A stretch of 57,914 bases of DNA from an uncultured bacterium (GCA_964424285.1 CAYRIJ010000001.1:1-57914), one strand, 5' to 3'; positions 46,296 to 55,638 are shown, numbered from the stretch's first letter. Translations and numbers: made by a program. Notes: generated by a model not told the origin, from the letters alone.

Positions 46296-46573
46296 ACACC
46301 TGGATCGTCATCGGCTTCCTCGGACAGCTCTTCTTCTCCGCCCGGTTCCTGGTGCAGTGGATCGTCTCGGAGATGCGGCAGGAGAGCGTGATCCCCGGGG
46401 CCTTCTGGGTGCTGAGCCTGGGCGGGGGAGCCATCCTCACCGCCTACGCGATCTACCGGCAGGATCCGGTGTTCATCGTGGGCCAGGGAGCGGGGCTCAT
46501 CGTCTACGTCCGGAACATCATGCTGATCCGCCGCAAGCGCCAGGCGGACAAAGCCGCCGCGCTCGTTGCCTGA
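46292..46573 (+). CDS. lipid-A-disaccharide synthase N-terminal (LAB_N) domain membrane protein
   Basis: GTGA overlap with the GT2 stop. WIVIGFLGQLFFSARFLVQWIVSE...IPGAFWVLSLGG...IYRQDPVFIVGQ...YVRNIML is the classic LAB_N pattern. Confidence 0.8.
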   Translation: MNTWIVIGFLGQLFFSARFLVQWIVSEMRQESVIPGAFWVLSLGGGAILTAYAIYRQDPVFIVGQGAGLIVYVRNIMLIRRKRQADKAAALVA

Positions 46574-48203
46574 TCTCCGTCCCCGAACCATCCTCCTCGC
46601 CTTCCTCCTTCTCGGAGCACTGGTCTACGGTTTCCGGCCGGGGTTCCCGGACTTCTGGGGGAGCCACTGGGAAAGCCGGCGCGCGGGAATCGGCCGCGAG
46701 ATGCTGGAAACCGGCGACTGGATGGTGCCGGTGGAGAACGGCCGGGTGGCCCTGGAGAAGCCGCCGCTCTACTACTGGATGATCGCCGCGGCCATGGGGG
46801 CGACCGGGAACCACGCCGAACTCGGGGCCCGGCTCCCCTCGGTGGCGGCGGCGGTGGTCGGGTTGGCGGTGACCTGGCGTCTGGCCGTCCTGCTGGGCGG
46901 CGGCGGCTCCGGTCTCTTCGCGGTGCTCTTCCTCCTGGGAAACGTCGTCTACTTCGGCCACGCCCGCACCGCGGAGATGGACATGGCGCTTCTCGCCGTC
47001 GAGGGGGCGGCGACCTGGGCGTTCCTGGAGGCGCGCGCGGGAACCGGGAGACGGTTGCTCCCCCTGGCCGGCTGGGCCCTCCTGGCCGCCGGCTTCATGC
47101 TCAAGGGACCGGTGGGGATCGTGGTCCCGGTGGCCGTGCTCCTGGTCTTCCGCATCGCCGGCCGGCGGGACTCCGGCCCGGCGGGCTCGGGGTGGGTGCG
47201 CCCCGGTCCGGGTCTCCTCCTCTTCCTCCTCCTCGCCCTTCCCTGGTACGTGTTCATTCTCGCCCGCTATTCCGACGCGCTCTCGATCTTCCTCCACCAG
47301 ACCGTGGCCCGGATCGGCGAGCCCTACGATCATCAGGAACCCTTCTGGTACTACCTGCCGGTTCTGGCGACGGCGTTCCTCCCCGGCGCCCTCTTCCTGC
47401 CGGTCTGGGCGCGGGAGGCCTGGGGACGCGCGGACGGGGACGCCCCGGAGGAGCCCCGGCGAAACCTCCGGCGGGTGGCGACGGCGGTCCTGGCCCTGAT
47501 CGTGTTCTTCTCCCTCTCCGGCTCCAAGCGGGTGTACTACGTCCTTCCCCTCTGGCCGCTCCTGGCGGTGGGGGCGGGAATCGCGGTGGACCGGGCGTGG
47601 CGGGCCGGGCGCGTTCGGTGGATGGTCGTCTCGACCGCGGCGCTGACCGGGATCCTTGCCGTGGCCGCGGTGGCGGCGGGCCTGGTGCCGGAGCTGGGCG
47701 GCCCCCCGTTCTTCGCGCGAACCGGCTTCGCCTTCGGCATGCTGGCGGTGATGGCCCTGGCCGCGGCTTGGGGGTTTCGCCTTGCCCTCCGCGGCCGCTG
47801 GATCCGAGGCCTCGCTCATGCGACCGCGGTCCTCGTTCTCGGCAATCTCTTCGTGGTGCAGGCGGTCGGCCCGGTCTCCAACGCCTACCGTTCCCGCGCC
47901 GACTTCGCGCGCGGGGTGGACGTCCGGGTGCCCATGGGGGAGCCGCTCTTCATCTACCGGAGCACCAACCTGGCTCTCCCCTTCTACGCCCATCGCGTGA
48001 TGCCCTTCCTCCACGACCGCCGCGACCTGGAAGCGGTGCTGGACATCCAGCCCGCGATCGACCTCGTTCTCGATCCGGGGCAGATGAAGAGCCTCCAGGA
48101 AGACGGGTTCCGGGTGGACCCGCTCTACCGGGAATCCTGGTCTCCGCCGGGCCGGCCACAGGACGTTCGGTCCCTCATCCTGGCCCGGGTGGCGCGCGGC
48201 TGA
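46566..48203 (+). CDS. GT39-family (ArnT/PMT-like) polyprenyl-phosphate-sugar-dependent glycosyltransferase
   Basis: TTG start overlaps LAB_N by 8 nt. ESRRAGIGREMLETGDWMVPVENGRVALEKPPLYYWMIA signature, then about 11 TM helices and a soluble C-terminal domain. Confidence 0.85.
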   Translation: MPDLRPRTILLAFLLLGALVYGFRPGFPDFWGSHWESRRAGIGREMLETGDWMVPVENGRVALEKPPLYYWMIAAAMGATGNHAELGARLPSVAAAVVGLAVTWRLAVLLGGGGSGLFAVLFLLGNVVYFGHARTAEMDMALLAVEGAATWAFLEARAGTGRRLLPLAGWALLAAGFMLKGPVGIVVPVAVLLVFRIAGRRDSGPAGSGWVRPGPGLLLFLLLALPWYVFILARYSDALSIFLHQTVARIGEPYDHQEPFWYYLPVLATAFLPGALFLPVWAREAWGRADGDAPEEPRRNLRRVATAVLALIVFFSLSGSKRVYYVLPLWPLLAVGAGIAVDRAWRAGRVRWMVVSTAALTGILAVAAVAAGLVPELGGPPFFARTGFAFGMLAVMALAAAWGFRLALRGRWIRGLAHATAVLVLGNLFVVQAVGPVSNAYRSRADFARGVDVRVPMGEPLFIYRSTNLALPFYAHRVMPFLHDRRDLEAVLDIQPAIDLVLDPGQMKSLQEDGFRVDPLYRESWSPPGRPQDVRSLILARVARG

Positions 48204-48597
48204 AGGCGGCTCGCCGTCCGCGCCGCCGGTTCTGGAAAGCCGACCGGTCCCCCCACTTTTCTGGAATCCGCCGCCGGTTGGGGGGTATTACTCAATGAAC
48301 GCTTTGAGGCCGGACGGCGACTTCGAAGTCCACGGCCCCCCACGTTCGGGGTCGTCGCCCGGCGTTTCTTGACCGAGACGGGCATCGAGGCGCCAGGAAG
48401 CGGCCGGACGGCTTTTCCGGTTCCCTTCCGGCGTTGCAAGAGAAAAGCCCGAGGACTCTTAGCCGAACAGCTCTTTCCGTCCGGGGTGGTTCGGGTCAGG
48501 GTTCCTCGGGCTCTTTCTTTCCCCCCGCGGCTTCCTCTCCTTCCCCGCGCGCGCCCCTCTCCGGCAACCTCCCGCTTGGCATCGAAACCCGACGATC

Positions 48598-48613
48598 TGG
48601 CCCCTTGCTTGCA
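48598..48613 (+). promoter_or_regulatory. sigma-54 (-24/-12) promoter candidate
   Basis: TGGCCCCTTGCTTGCA compared with consensus TGGCACG-N4-TTGCW. The GG and GC dinucleotides have the exact spacing. Lies about 260 nt upstream of the M6 protease ATG, inside a 670-bp non-coding region. Confidence 0.4.
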
Positions 48614-48871
48614 TACGAAGGCGGGCAACGGCTGAACGGATCCATCTTCCACCCCGAAACCCGTTGTCCGGCATCGTCGCCGGACGCGGTGCGGGCGGAT
48701 CCATGCCGGGAGGAATGCATGGGGATGCGGCAGCATGCACGATCGGGGAATTTTCGAAAGCGAATCGAGAGGATCCGCTATACTTGGGGCGCATTTAGCG
48801 CTCTCGGGGGGCCGCCCCGTCACGAGCACCAGGATTTGCACGCCAGGGTCTATCCCCGAAAGGACACTGCC

Positions 48872-51800
48872 ATGTCCCCCCCTCGGAGCGGAGCGCTGCT
48901 TTCCCCTCGTTTCGGTCTCCTTCCCTCCCTCGCGCTGCTCGCCGCGCTCGTGGTGCTCGGCGGCGCGGCGGGGAAGGCGACGGCCCAGCCGGCGCCGCCG
49001 CACCCCGGGGTGCCGCTCCCGCCCGGCTACTACGACCGCCTGGCCACGGATCGGGACGCCTTCCAGTTCAAGCACGCCTGGATCGCCCAGACCAAGCGCG
49101 TCCGGGAAAACCGCCGGCTCCTGGAGCTGGGGCTCATCTCCGGGGTGACCGAGGCGGCGGCCGGCGGCTTCCGGGTGGAGGGCACCCGAAGGGTCCCGGT
49201 TCTGGCCGGGAAGTTCTCCAACACCGGCAGCGACCCCTACAGCCCGGCCCAGCTCCAGCAGCAGCTCTTCGACGGCCCCAACCCCACCGGCACCATCACC
49301 GACTACTACACCGACATCTCGCGGGGGTACCTGACCCTCACCGGGACGGTGTACGGCGCCCAGGGCGGCGGCCTCTTCCAGGTCTCCCAACCCGACACCT
49401 ATTACGAGGGGCCGTCGGGGTGCAACGGTCTCTGCGCCAGCGCCAAGACCGGCGAGTACCTGAAGGAGCTTCTGGACGGCTCCGACCCCTGGGTCGATTT
49501 CTCCCAGTTCGACAACGACGGCCCCGACGGGATTCCCAATTCCGGCGACGACGACGGGTACGTGGACTTCGTCGCCTTCGTCCAGCCGGAGCGGGGCGGG
49601 GAGTGCGGGACCAACAACCTCTGGTCCCATCGCTGGGTCTACGAGGGCTGGTGGGGCGCGCCGTACACCACCAACGACCCGGCGGCGGGCGGGGGCTACA
49701 TCAAGGTCAGCGACTACACCATCCAGCCCCTGGTGAGCTGCAACGGGAGCAGCCTGATCGAGATCGGGGTCTACACCCACGAGTTCGGCCATGCCTTCGG
49801 GCTCCCCGATCTCTACGACACCGACGGCAGCTCGGAAGGAATCGGGAACTGGGGCCTCATGGCCGCCGGCTCCTACGGAGGCGACGGCGCCCATCCCGCC
49901 ACCCCGTCCCACATGTGCGCCTGGAGCAAGGAGCAGCTGGGATGGGTGGACCCGGTGGTTCTGTGCGGCGACCAGACCGGAGTCTCCCTCTCCGCGGTGG
50001 AAACCGGCGGCGACGTGCTCAAGCTCTATCCCCACGGGCTCCTGTCCAGCGAGTACTTCCTGGTCGAGAACCGGGTGAAGACCGGGTACGACGCCTACCT
50101 CCCGGTCAGCGGGATCGCGGTCTGGCACATCGACAACGCGGTCTCCGGAAACACCAACGAGGCCCACAAGCTGGTGGACCTCGAGGAGGCGGACGGGTTG
50201 AACCAGCTCGACCTGCACGCCAACCGCGGGGACGCGGGGGACCTCTTCCCCGGCTCCACCAACAAGCAGCTCTTCAGCGACACCACCAACCCCAACGCCA
50301 AGGACTACGCGGGGACCAACACCGGGTTCTCGGTGGGGACCTTCAGCGTCGCCTCGAACCCGCGCACCTTCAATGTGACCGTCACCCCCTGCCAGCTGGC
50401 GGTGGGCGACGTCCAGGTGGACGACGCCTCGCTCGGCAACAACAACCACAGCCTGGACGGGAACGAGCGGGCCGGTCTCCACCTCGCCCTCCGGAACGAC
50501 TTCGCCGCCGACGAGACCGGGGTGGCGGGGGTGCTCACCAGCCTCACCCCGGGGGTCGACGTGCTCCAGGACAGCGTCTATTTCGGGACGGTGACCGGCG
50601 GGGCGCTGAACTACGGGTCGTCCGACTTCGAGATCGAGGCCACCGGGCCGCTGGCCGACGGGGCCGCGGTGAGCTTCCAGCTCGCCCTCACCGGGGACAA
50701 CGGGTACGCGTCCACCGCGTCGGTCTTGCTCCACGCCGGAAACTACGTGCTCCTGGTGGCGGACGACGCCGGCGCCGGCAACCAGACCCTGTTCGAGAAC
50801 GCCATCACCGGGGCGGGCCGGGCCTACGTGTTCCAGGACGCGTCCGTCGACGGCCCCCCCACCCTGGGGAAGATGCAGGGGGCGCGGGCCGTGGTCTGGT
50901 ACACCGGGGTGGAGTACGACAACACCTTCACCGCCGGCGAGCAGGCGGTGGTGGAAGCGTACCTCGACGGGGGGGGATCCCTCTTCGTGACCGGCCAGGA
51001 CATCGGCTACGACCTGGTGGATCAGGGGAGCGCGGCCGACCAGGCCTTCTACGCCGGCTATCTCCACGCCAACTTCGTCTCCGACAGCTCCAACGACAAC
51101 ACCCTGACCGGAACCAGCGGGGATCCGATCGGAAACGGCATCTCGTTGAACCTGGCCGCGGGGGACGGGGCCGACAACTCGACCTATCCGTCGGTGGTGA
51201 CCCCGGCATCGGGGGCGTCGACGGTGTTCCTGTACTCCGTGGCCAAGCGCGGGGCGGTCCGCTACAGCACCGGCCACAAGCTGGTGTACTTCGCCTTCAA
51301 CTTCGAGGCCATCAACGCCGCGGCCACCCGCACGTTGACCATGCAGCGGGTGCTGGACTGGCTCTATCCCGCCGACGTCACCCCGCCGGCGGCGACGCTC
51401 ATCGCGCCCAACGGGGGCGGGACGCTGGAATCCTGCGGGACGAGCCCGATCACCTGGAGCGCGAGCGACGCCAACGGGGTGAGCGGGGTGGACCTCTACT
51501 GGACCGACGATCCCACCCTGACCGTGTGGCAGACCATCGCCACCGGCCTCTCCAACACCGGGAGCCATGATTGGGTCCGAAGCGGTCTCGCCGCGGACAG
51601 CGCCTGGGTGAAGGTGATCGCCCGCGATCCATCCGGCCTCCAGGGGGTGGACCTGAGCGACGCCGCGTTCTCCCTGGCCTCCACCACGCCTCCCTCGGCC
51701 CGGGTCACCGCGCCCAACGGGGGCGAGAGCTTCGGCTACGCGGACCCGGTCACCGTGACCTGGACCATGGCCGACACCTGCGTGGGGGTGGACTCCACCC

Positions 51801-52903
51801 GCGTGTACTGGTCGCCGGACGGAGGCGGGAGCTGGGCCTACGTGGCCACCGTCCCGGCGCCGGACACGAGCTACGCCTGGACCACCCCCTCCGCCCCCAC
51901 CGACTCCGGGCTCGTCCGGGTGGACGTGGTGAACGCGGCCGGGCTGGTGGGGAGCGACGCGTCCGACGCGCTCTTCTCGGTGGCCGACTCGGCCCCCCCC
52001 TCGGTGACCGTGCTGGCCCCGAACGGGGGCGAGGTCTACGGCACCGGCAACCCGGTCGTGGTGAGCTGGGAGGCGACCGACGACGTGGGCATCGACCACC
52101 TCGATCTCTACTACTCGTCGGACGGTGGCGGTTCGTGGTCGGTGATCGACACCCTGGTGGCCGACACCTCCGCGGTGTGGATCACCCCCGATCTTCCCTC
52201 GGCGCTCTACCTGGTCCGGGCGGTCGCCTTCGACGCCCAGATGAACAGCGCCGCCGATACCTCGGACGCGGCGTTCGCGGTGGGGGACGACGATCAGCCC
52301 GCGGTGGCGATCTCCTATCCGGTCGGCGGCGAGCTGGTGAACGCCGGCGACGTGCTGAACATCCAGGCCGCGGTGGGGGACAACGTGGGGGTGGACTCGG
52401 TCTGCGTCTCCTACACCCTCGACGACGGCGGGAGCTGGACCCCGATCGCCTGCGGCGCGGTCGGCTTCCCCTATCCCTGGGCCACCCCGGCCACGGCCAG
52501 CGATTCCTGCCGGGTGCGGGTCGAGGCCTGGGACGCCGCCGGAAACACCGCCTCGGCCATGAGCGACAGCACCTTCTCCCTGGTCGCGAGCACCGCCGTC
52601 CCGGGCGCGTTCGCGGGGATCACCCATGCGGTGCTGCTCCAGAGCCGGCCCAATCCCATGGGCGCGACGGGGGCGACCTTCGCGTTCTACCTCCCCGCCG
52701 ATTCCCCGGTCACCCTCACGATCTACGACATCTCCGGGAGGCGGGTGAAGACGGTGGCCTCGGGAAGCCTCTCCGGCGGCTACCACGAGATCCTCTGGGA
52801 CGGCGGCTCGGACACCGGCGCCGCGGTGAGCCATGGGATCTACTTCTACGTGCTCCAGACCCCGGACCGGCGGGAGGTGCGGAAGCTGGTGAAGCTGGAG
52901 TAG
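48872..52903 (+). CDS. secreted M6 (immune inhibitor A-like) metalloprotease with tandem Ig-like/BNR-like repeats and FlgD-Ig/T9SS-type C-terminal sorting domain
   Basis: Signal peptide starts at the ATG at 48872. GTITDYY, DGYVDFVAFV, WSHRW, HEFGHAFGLPDLYD zinc motif, VWHID. Four ~100-aa repeats. C-terminal NPMGATGATFAFYLP...IYDISGRRVKT...WDGGSDTGAAVSHGIYFYVL...RKLVKLE. An in-frame ATG at 48719 with GGGAGG is an alternative start. Confidence 0.9.
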   Translation: MSPPRSGALLSPRFGLLPSLALLAALVVLGGAAGKATAQPAPPHPGVPLPPGYYDRLATDRDAFQFKHAWIAQTKRVRENRRLLELGLISGVTEAAAGGFRVEGTRRVPVLAGKFSNTGSDPYSPAQLQQQLFDGPNPTGTITDYYTDISRGYLTLTGTVYGAQGGGLFQVSQPDTYYEGPSGCNGLCASAKTGEYLKELLDGSDPWVDFSQFDNDGPDGIPNSGDDDGYVDFVAFVQPERGGECGTNNLWSHRWVYEGWWGAPYTTNDPAAGGGYIKVSDYTIQPLVSCNGSSLIEIGVYTHEFGHAFGLPDLYDTDGSSEGIGNWGLMAAGSYGGDGAHPATPSHMCAWSKEQLGWVDPVVLCGDQTGVSLSAVETGGDVLKLYPHGLLSSEYFLVENRVKTGYDAYLPVSGIAVWHIDNAVSGNTNEAHKLVDLEEADGLNQLDLHANRGDAGDLFPGSTNKQLFSDTTNPNAKDYAGTNTGFSVGTFSVASNPRTFNVTVTPCQLAVGDVQVDDASLGNNNHSLDGNERAGLHLALRNDFAADETGVAGVLTSLTPGVDVLQDSVYFGTVTGGALNYGSSDFEIEATGPLADGAAVSFQLALTGDNGYASTASVLLHAGNYVLLVADDAGAGNQTLFENAITGAGRAYVFQDASVDGPPTLGKMQGARAVVWYTGVEYDNTFTAGEQAVVEAYLDGGGSLFVTGQDIGYDLVDQGSAADQAFYAGYLHANFVSDSSNDNTLTGTSGDPIGNGISLNLAAGDGADNSTYPSVVTPASGASTVFLYSVAKRGAVRYSTGHKLVYFAFNFEAINAAATRTLTMQRVLDWLYPADVTPPAATLIAPNGGGTLESCGTSPITWSASDANGVSGVDLYWTDDPTLTVWQTIATGLSNTGSHDWVRSGLAADSAWVKVIARDPSGLQGVDLSDAAFSLASTTPPSARVTAPNGGESFGYADPVTVTWTMADTCVGVDSTRVYWSPDGGGSWAYVATVPAPDTSYAWTTPSAPTDSGLVRVDVVNAAGLVGSDASDALFSVADSAPPSVTVLAPNGGEVYGTGNPVVVSWEATDDVGIDHLDLYYSSDGGGSWSVIDTLVADTSAVWITPDLPSALYLVRAVAFDAQMNSAADTSDAAFAVGDDDQPAVAISYPVGGELVNAGDVLNIQAAVGDNVGVDSVCVSYTLDDGGSWTPIACGAVGFPYPWATPATASDSCRVRVEAWDAAGNTASAMSDSTFSLVASTAVPGAFAGITHAVLLQSRPNPMGATGATFAFYLPADSPVTLTIYDISGRRVKTVASGSLSGGYHEILWDGGSDTGAAVSHGIYFYVLQTPDRREVRKLVKLE
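51377..52590 (+). repeat. four tandem ~303-bp coding repeats (Ig-like modules with SxDGGxSW Asp-box-like motif) inside the M6 protease gene
   Basis: Each unit has the form PP..V.APNGGE....P..V.W.A.D..GVD...LYYS.DGG.SW......DTS..W..P......VRV.A.DAAGN...D.SDA.FS. Units start at about 51377, 51680, 51985 and 52290. Confidence 0.6.
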
Positions 52904-52975
52904 AGTGGTTCCGAAGCCGGCGCCGGGTCTCCCCGGGGCCGGCCACGAGGACTCCGGGCCGGGGGAGCCGCTCCG

Positions 52976-53500
52976 ATGAAGCGGATTGCGCAAAGCGTCG
53001 TATTGCTTCTGATCCTCCTCGCGGGGGAGACGTCCGGGGCCCCGCCGGTTCCGTTCCGGCCCGCGGTCGCGGATTCCCTCGCCGTGCCCGCTCCGCTCCG
53101 TGGGCTCCCGATATTGGAGGCCCCCGACACCGTGCGGGTCGAGGCCCACCGCTCCGCCCCCGCCGGCCCGGGAGGACGCCGTTCCCTCACCCGGCGCGAC
53201 GTGAAGCTCATCTTCCCGGGTCTTGGCCCCCCCGCCCCCGCTGCCGGCTCCCTCGCGCCGCGCACCGGCGGCCTCCTTCCGCCGCCGGCGACGGTCCGTC
53301 TCTCCCGCTTCGGGACCGCGGCCTACGGCGCGGACCGAGGCGCCAACGCCGGGCTCTGGCTCGGCGGTCTGGGCCACATCCTGGGCCTCTGGAGCGAGGA
53401 GGACGCGCTCCGCATGACCGCGGCGGGGGCGGTTCTGGGCGCCCTCTGGGGAGGTACCGCCGGCGCCGCCGACGACGGCTTCCGGATCCGGGTCCGCTGA
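52976..53500 (+). CDS. hypothetical secreted protein with C-terminal glycine-zipper-like segment
   Basis: GGGGGAG SD. Signal peptide MKRIAQSVVLLLILLAGETSGA. Pro-rich middle. GLWLGGLGHILGLW...GAVLGALWGGTAGAA. Confidence 0.5.
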   Translation: MKRIAQSVVLLLILLAGETSGAPPVPFRPAVADSLAVPAPLRGLPILEAPDTVRVEAHRSAPAGPGGRRSLTRRDVKLIFPGLGPPAPAAGSLAPRTGGLLPPPATVRLSRFGTAAYGADRGANAGLWLGGLGHILGLWSEEDALRMTAAGAVLGALWGGTAGAADDGFRIRVR

Positions 53501-53581
53501 GCGGCGCCGGAACCGGGCGGGCGTGGCGCCGGTTGCGGGAACCGGTTGCGCTTCCCCGAACCCCGGTGCTTTGATCCCCGC

Positions 53582-54793
53582 ATGCGCGCCCTGGTCGAGC
53601 CCTACCTCCTCTCCGTCTCCGGTCGCGACCGCCCCGGTCTCCTGGCCGCGCTGGCCGCCGCCCTCGACCGGGCGGAGATCGAGATCGTGGACATCGAGCA
53701 GGCCAGCCTCCACGACGTTCTCGCCCTTTCCTTTCTGCTCGATCTGGGGGGGGATCCCCTCAAATCCTCCCGGCTGGCTCGGGACGTGATCCCCGAGGCC
53801 TCGGCCCTGGGGTTGGCGGCGGACGGGCGGGGCATCGACGCCGACCGGATCCGCCTGCGGAACGAAACCGAGCGGATGGTGGCCACGGTGGTTTCGGAGC
53901 GCCCCTCCACCCGGCTGGTGGCCGAGGTGGCCTCGACCGCCGCCGCCCACCGGGCCAACATCGTCTCCATCCGCCGGCTGGCCGAAGAGGATCTCCGGGC
54001 GGGGGAGTTCGTGCTCGACGTGACCTCGGTGGACGAGCCCGCCGCCCTTCGGGCCGACCTCTTCGCCCTGGGGGAGCGCCTGGCCGTCGACGTCGCCCTG
54101 GCCCGCGAGGACGTCTTTCGCACCACCCGGCGGGTGGTGGTGTTCGACATGGACTCGACCCTGGTGGCCGCGGAGGTGATCGATCTCCTGGCCGGGCGCG
54201 CCGGAGTGGCCGGGGAGGTCTCCCGCATCACCCACGAGGCCATGGAGGGGCGGATGGATTTCGAGACCTCGCTCCGCCGGCGGGTGGCCCTCCTCCGCGG
54301 ACTGCCCCAGGCCGCGCTCGAGGAGGTCGCCGCCTCGCTCCCCCTCACCCCCGGCGCGGCCGAGGCGACCGCGGTCCTCAAGCGCCTGGGCTACCGGCTG
54401 GGCATCGTGAGCGGGGGCTTCACCTACTTCGTCGAAGCTCTCCGCGCCCGCCTCGGCTTCGATCACGCCTTCGCCAATACCCTGGTGATCCGGGACGGCG
54501 TGGTCACCGGGGAACTCGAGGGTCCGATCGTGGACGCGGTGGGGAAGGCGGCGCGCCTGGCCGGGATCGCCGCCCGCGAGGGCGTGCCCCTGGAGCAGGT
54601 GGTGGGGGTGGGGGACGGGGCCAACGACATCCCCATGCTCCAGGCCGCGGGCCTGGGGATCGCGTTCCGGGCCCACGAGATCACCCGCCGCTCCGCCGAT
54701 GGGGCCATTCAGCGGAACGACTTGACCGGGTTGCTCTATCTCCTGGGGGTGACCGGGCGCGATCTCGCGCGGCTCCGCGGCGGGGACCGCTAG
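53582..54793 (+). CDS. serB: phosphoserine phosphatase with N-terminal ACT-like domains
   Basis: ATG at 53582. ACT-like LLSVSGRDRPGLLAALAAAL. HAD motifs VVFDMDSTL, IVSGGF, GKA, VGDGANDIPML. Confidence 0.85.
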   Translation: MRALVEPYLLSVSGRDRPGLLAALAAALDRAEIEIVDIEQASLHDVLALSFLLDLGGDPLKSSRLARDVIPEASALGLAADGRGIDADRIRLRNETERMVATVVSERPSTRLVAEVASTAAAHRANIVSIRRLAEEDLRAGEFVLDVTSVDEPAALRADLFALGERLAVDVALAREDVFRTTRRVVVFDMDSTLVAAEVIDLLAGRAGVAGEVSRITHEAMEGRMDFETSLRRRVALLRGLPQAALEEVAASLPLTPGAAEATAVLKRLGYRLGIVSGGFTYFVEALRARLGFDHAFANTLVIRDGVVTGELEGPIVDAVGKAARLAGIAAREGVPLEQVVGVGDGANDIPMLQAAGLGIAFRAHEITRRSADGAIQRNDLTGLLYLLGVTGRDLARLRGGDR

Positions 54794-54846
54794 CCCCCCG
54801 ATCCCGCTCCGGCGACCGGGGCGGGCCGACTCGAACGGAGGATGTC

Positions 54847-55638
54847 ATGGATCTCGGACTGGAAGGAAAGACCGCGCTGGTGGCCGGCGCGTCGATGGGA
54901 CTGGGCTACGCGGTGGCCTCCGCCCTGGCCGGCGAAGGCGCGCGGGTGGTGATGGCCTCCCGGGACCGGGACCGCATCAGCGAAGCCGCCGCCCGCGTCC
55001 ATCGGGAGACCGGGGGCGAGACCCACGCCGTCGTGCTCGACGTGCGCGACCCCGACGCCGGCGGCCGGTTCGTGGAGGCCGCGCGCGAGGCCTTCGGTCC
55101 CCCCGCGATCCTGGTCACCAACGCGGGGGGACCGCCCCCCGGCCCCTTCGAGCGCTTCGACGTCCAGGACGTCGAGGAGGCGGTCCAGCTCAGCTTCATG
55201 AGCGCGGTGCGTCTCTCCAAGGCGGCGCTTCCCTCCATGAAGGAAGCGGGGTGGGGGAGGATCGTCCACATCACCTCGAGCACCGTTCCCGAACCCTCGG
55301 TGGGGCTCTTTCTCTCCTCCTCGGTCCGCCCGGCGGTGGCCGGCTTCTCCAAGGCCCTGGCCGCGGAGGTCGCGGCCCGGGGCATCACCGTGAACATCGT
55401 CTGCCCGGGCCTGATCGCCACCCAGCGGCTCGGGGAGCTGGCCCGCTACCGGGCCGGCGAGACCGGCCGGAGCCCGGAAGAGGAGCTGGAGGACATGGGC
55501 CGGCTGGCCCCGGCCGGGCGGCTGGGCCGCCCCGAGGAACTGGGAGCGGCGGTGGCCTTTCTCTGCTCGGAGCCCGCCGCCTACATCACCGGGACCGCGC
55601 TCCGGGTGGACGGGGGAAAGGTGTCCTTCATCCTCTAA
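54847..55638 (+). CDS. SDR-family oxidoreductase (FabG-like subgroup; canonical YxxxK not obvious)
   Basis: GGAGG SD. GKTALVAGASMGLGYA Rossmann motif, NAGG, ITSS, VNIVCPGLI. Where YxxxK is expected I read ...LSSSVRPAVAGFSKALA... Confidence 0.85.
   Translation: MDLGLEGKTALVAGASMGLGYAVASALAGEGARVVMASRDRDRISEAAARVHRETGGETHAVVLDVRDPDAGGRFVEAAREAFGPPAILVTNAGGPPPGPFERFDVQDVEEAVQLSFMSAVRLSKAALPSMKEAGWGRIVHITSSTVPEPSVGLFLSSSVRPAVAGFSKALAAEVAARGITVNIVCPGLIATQRLGELARYRAGETGRSPEEELEDMGRLAPAGRLGRPEELGAAVAFLCSEPAAYITGTALRVDGGKVSFIL

Noticed and set aside
48719-48871. Upstream in-frame ATG (GGGAGG SD) as the start of the M6 protease
   Set aside because: It would add 51 Arg/His-rich residues ahead of a perfectly good signal peptide that begins at the ATG at 48872. 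It is kept only as an alternative in the feature note.
48125-54676. Giant 2183-aa minus-strand ORF
   Set aside because: It lies antisense to well-supported + strand genes (M6 protease with HEFGH, SerB with HAD motifs). The translation is Gly/Arg/Pro/Val-rich with no motifs. Long stop-free antisense frames are expected at this GC content.
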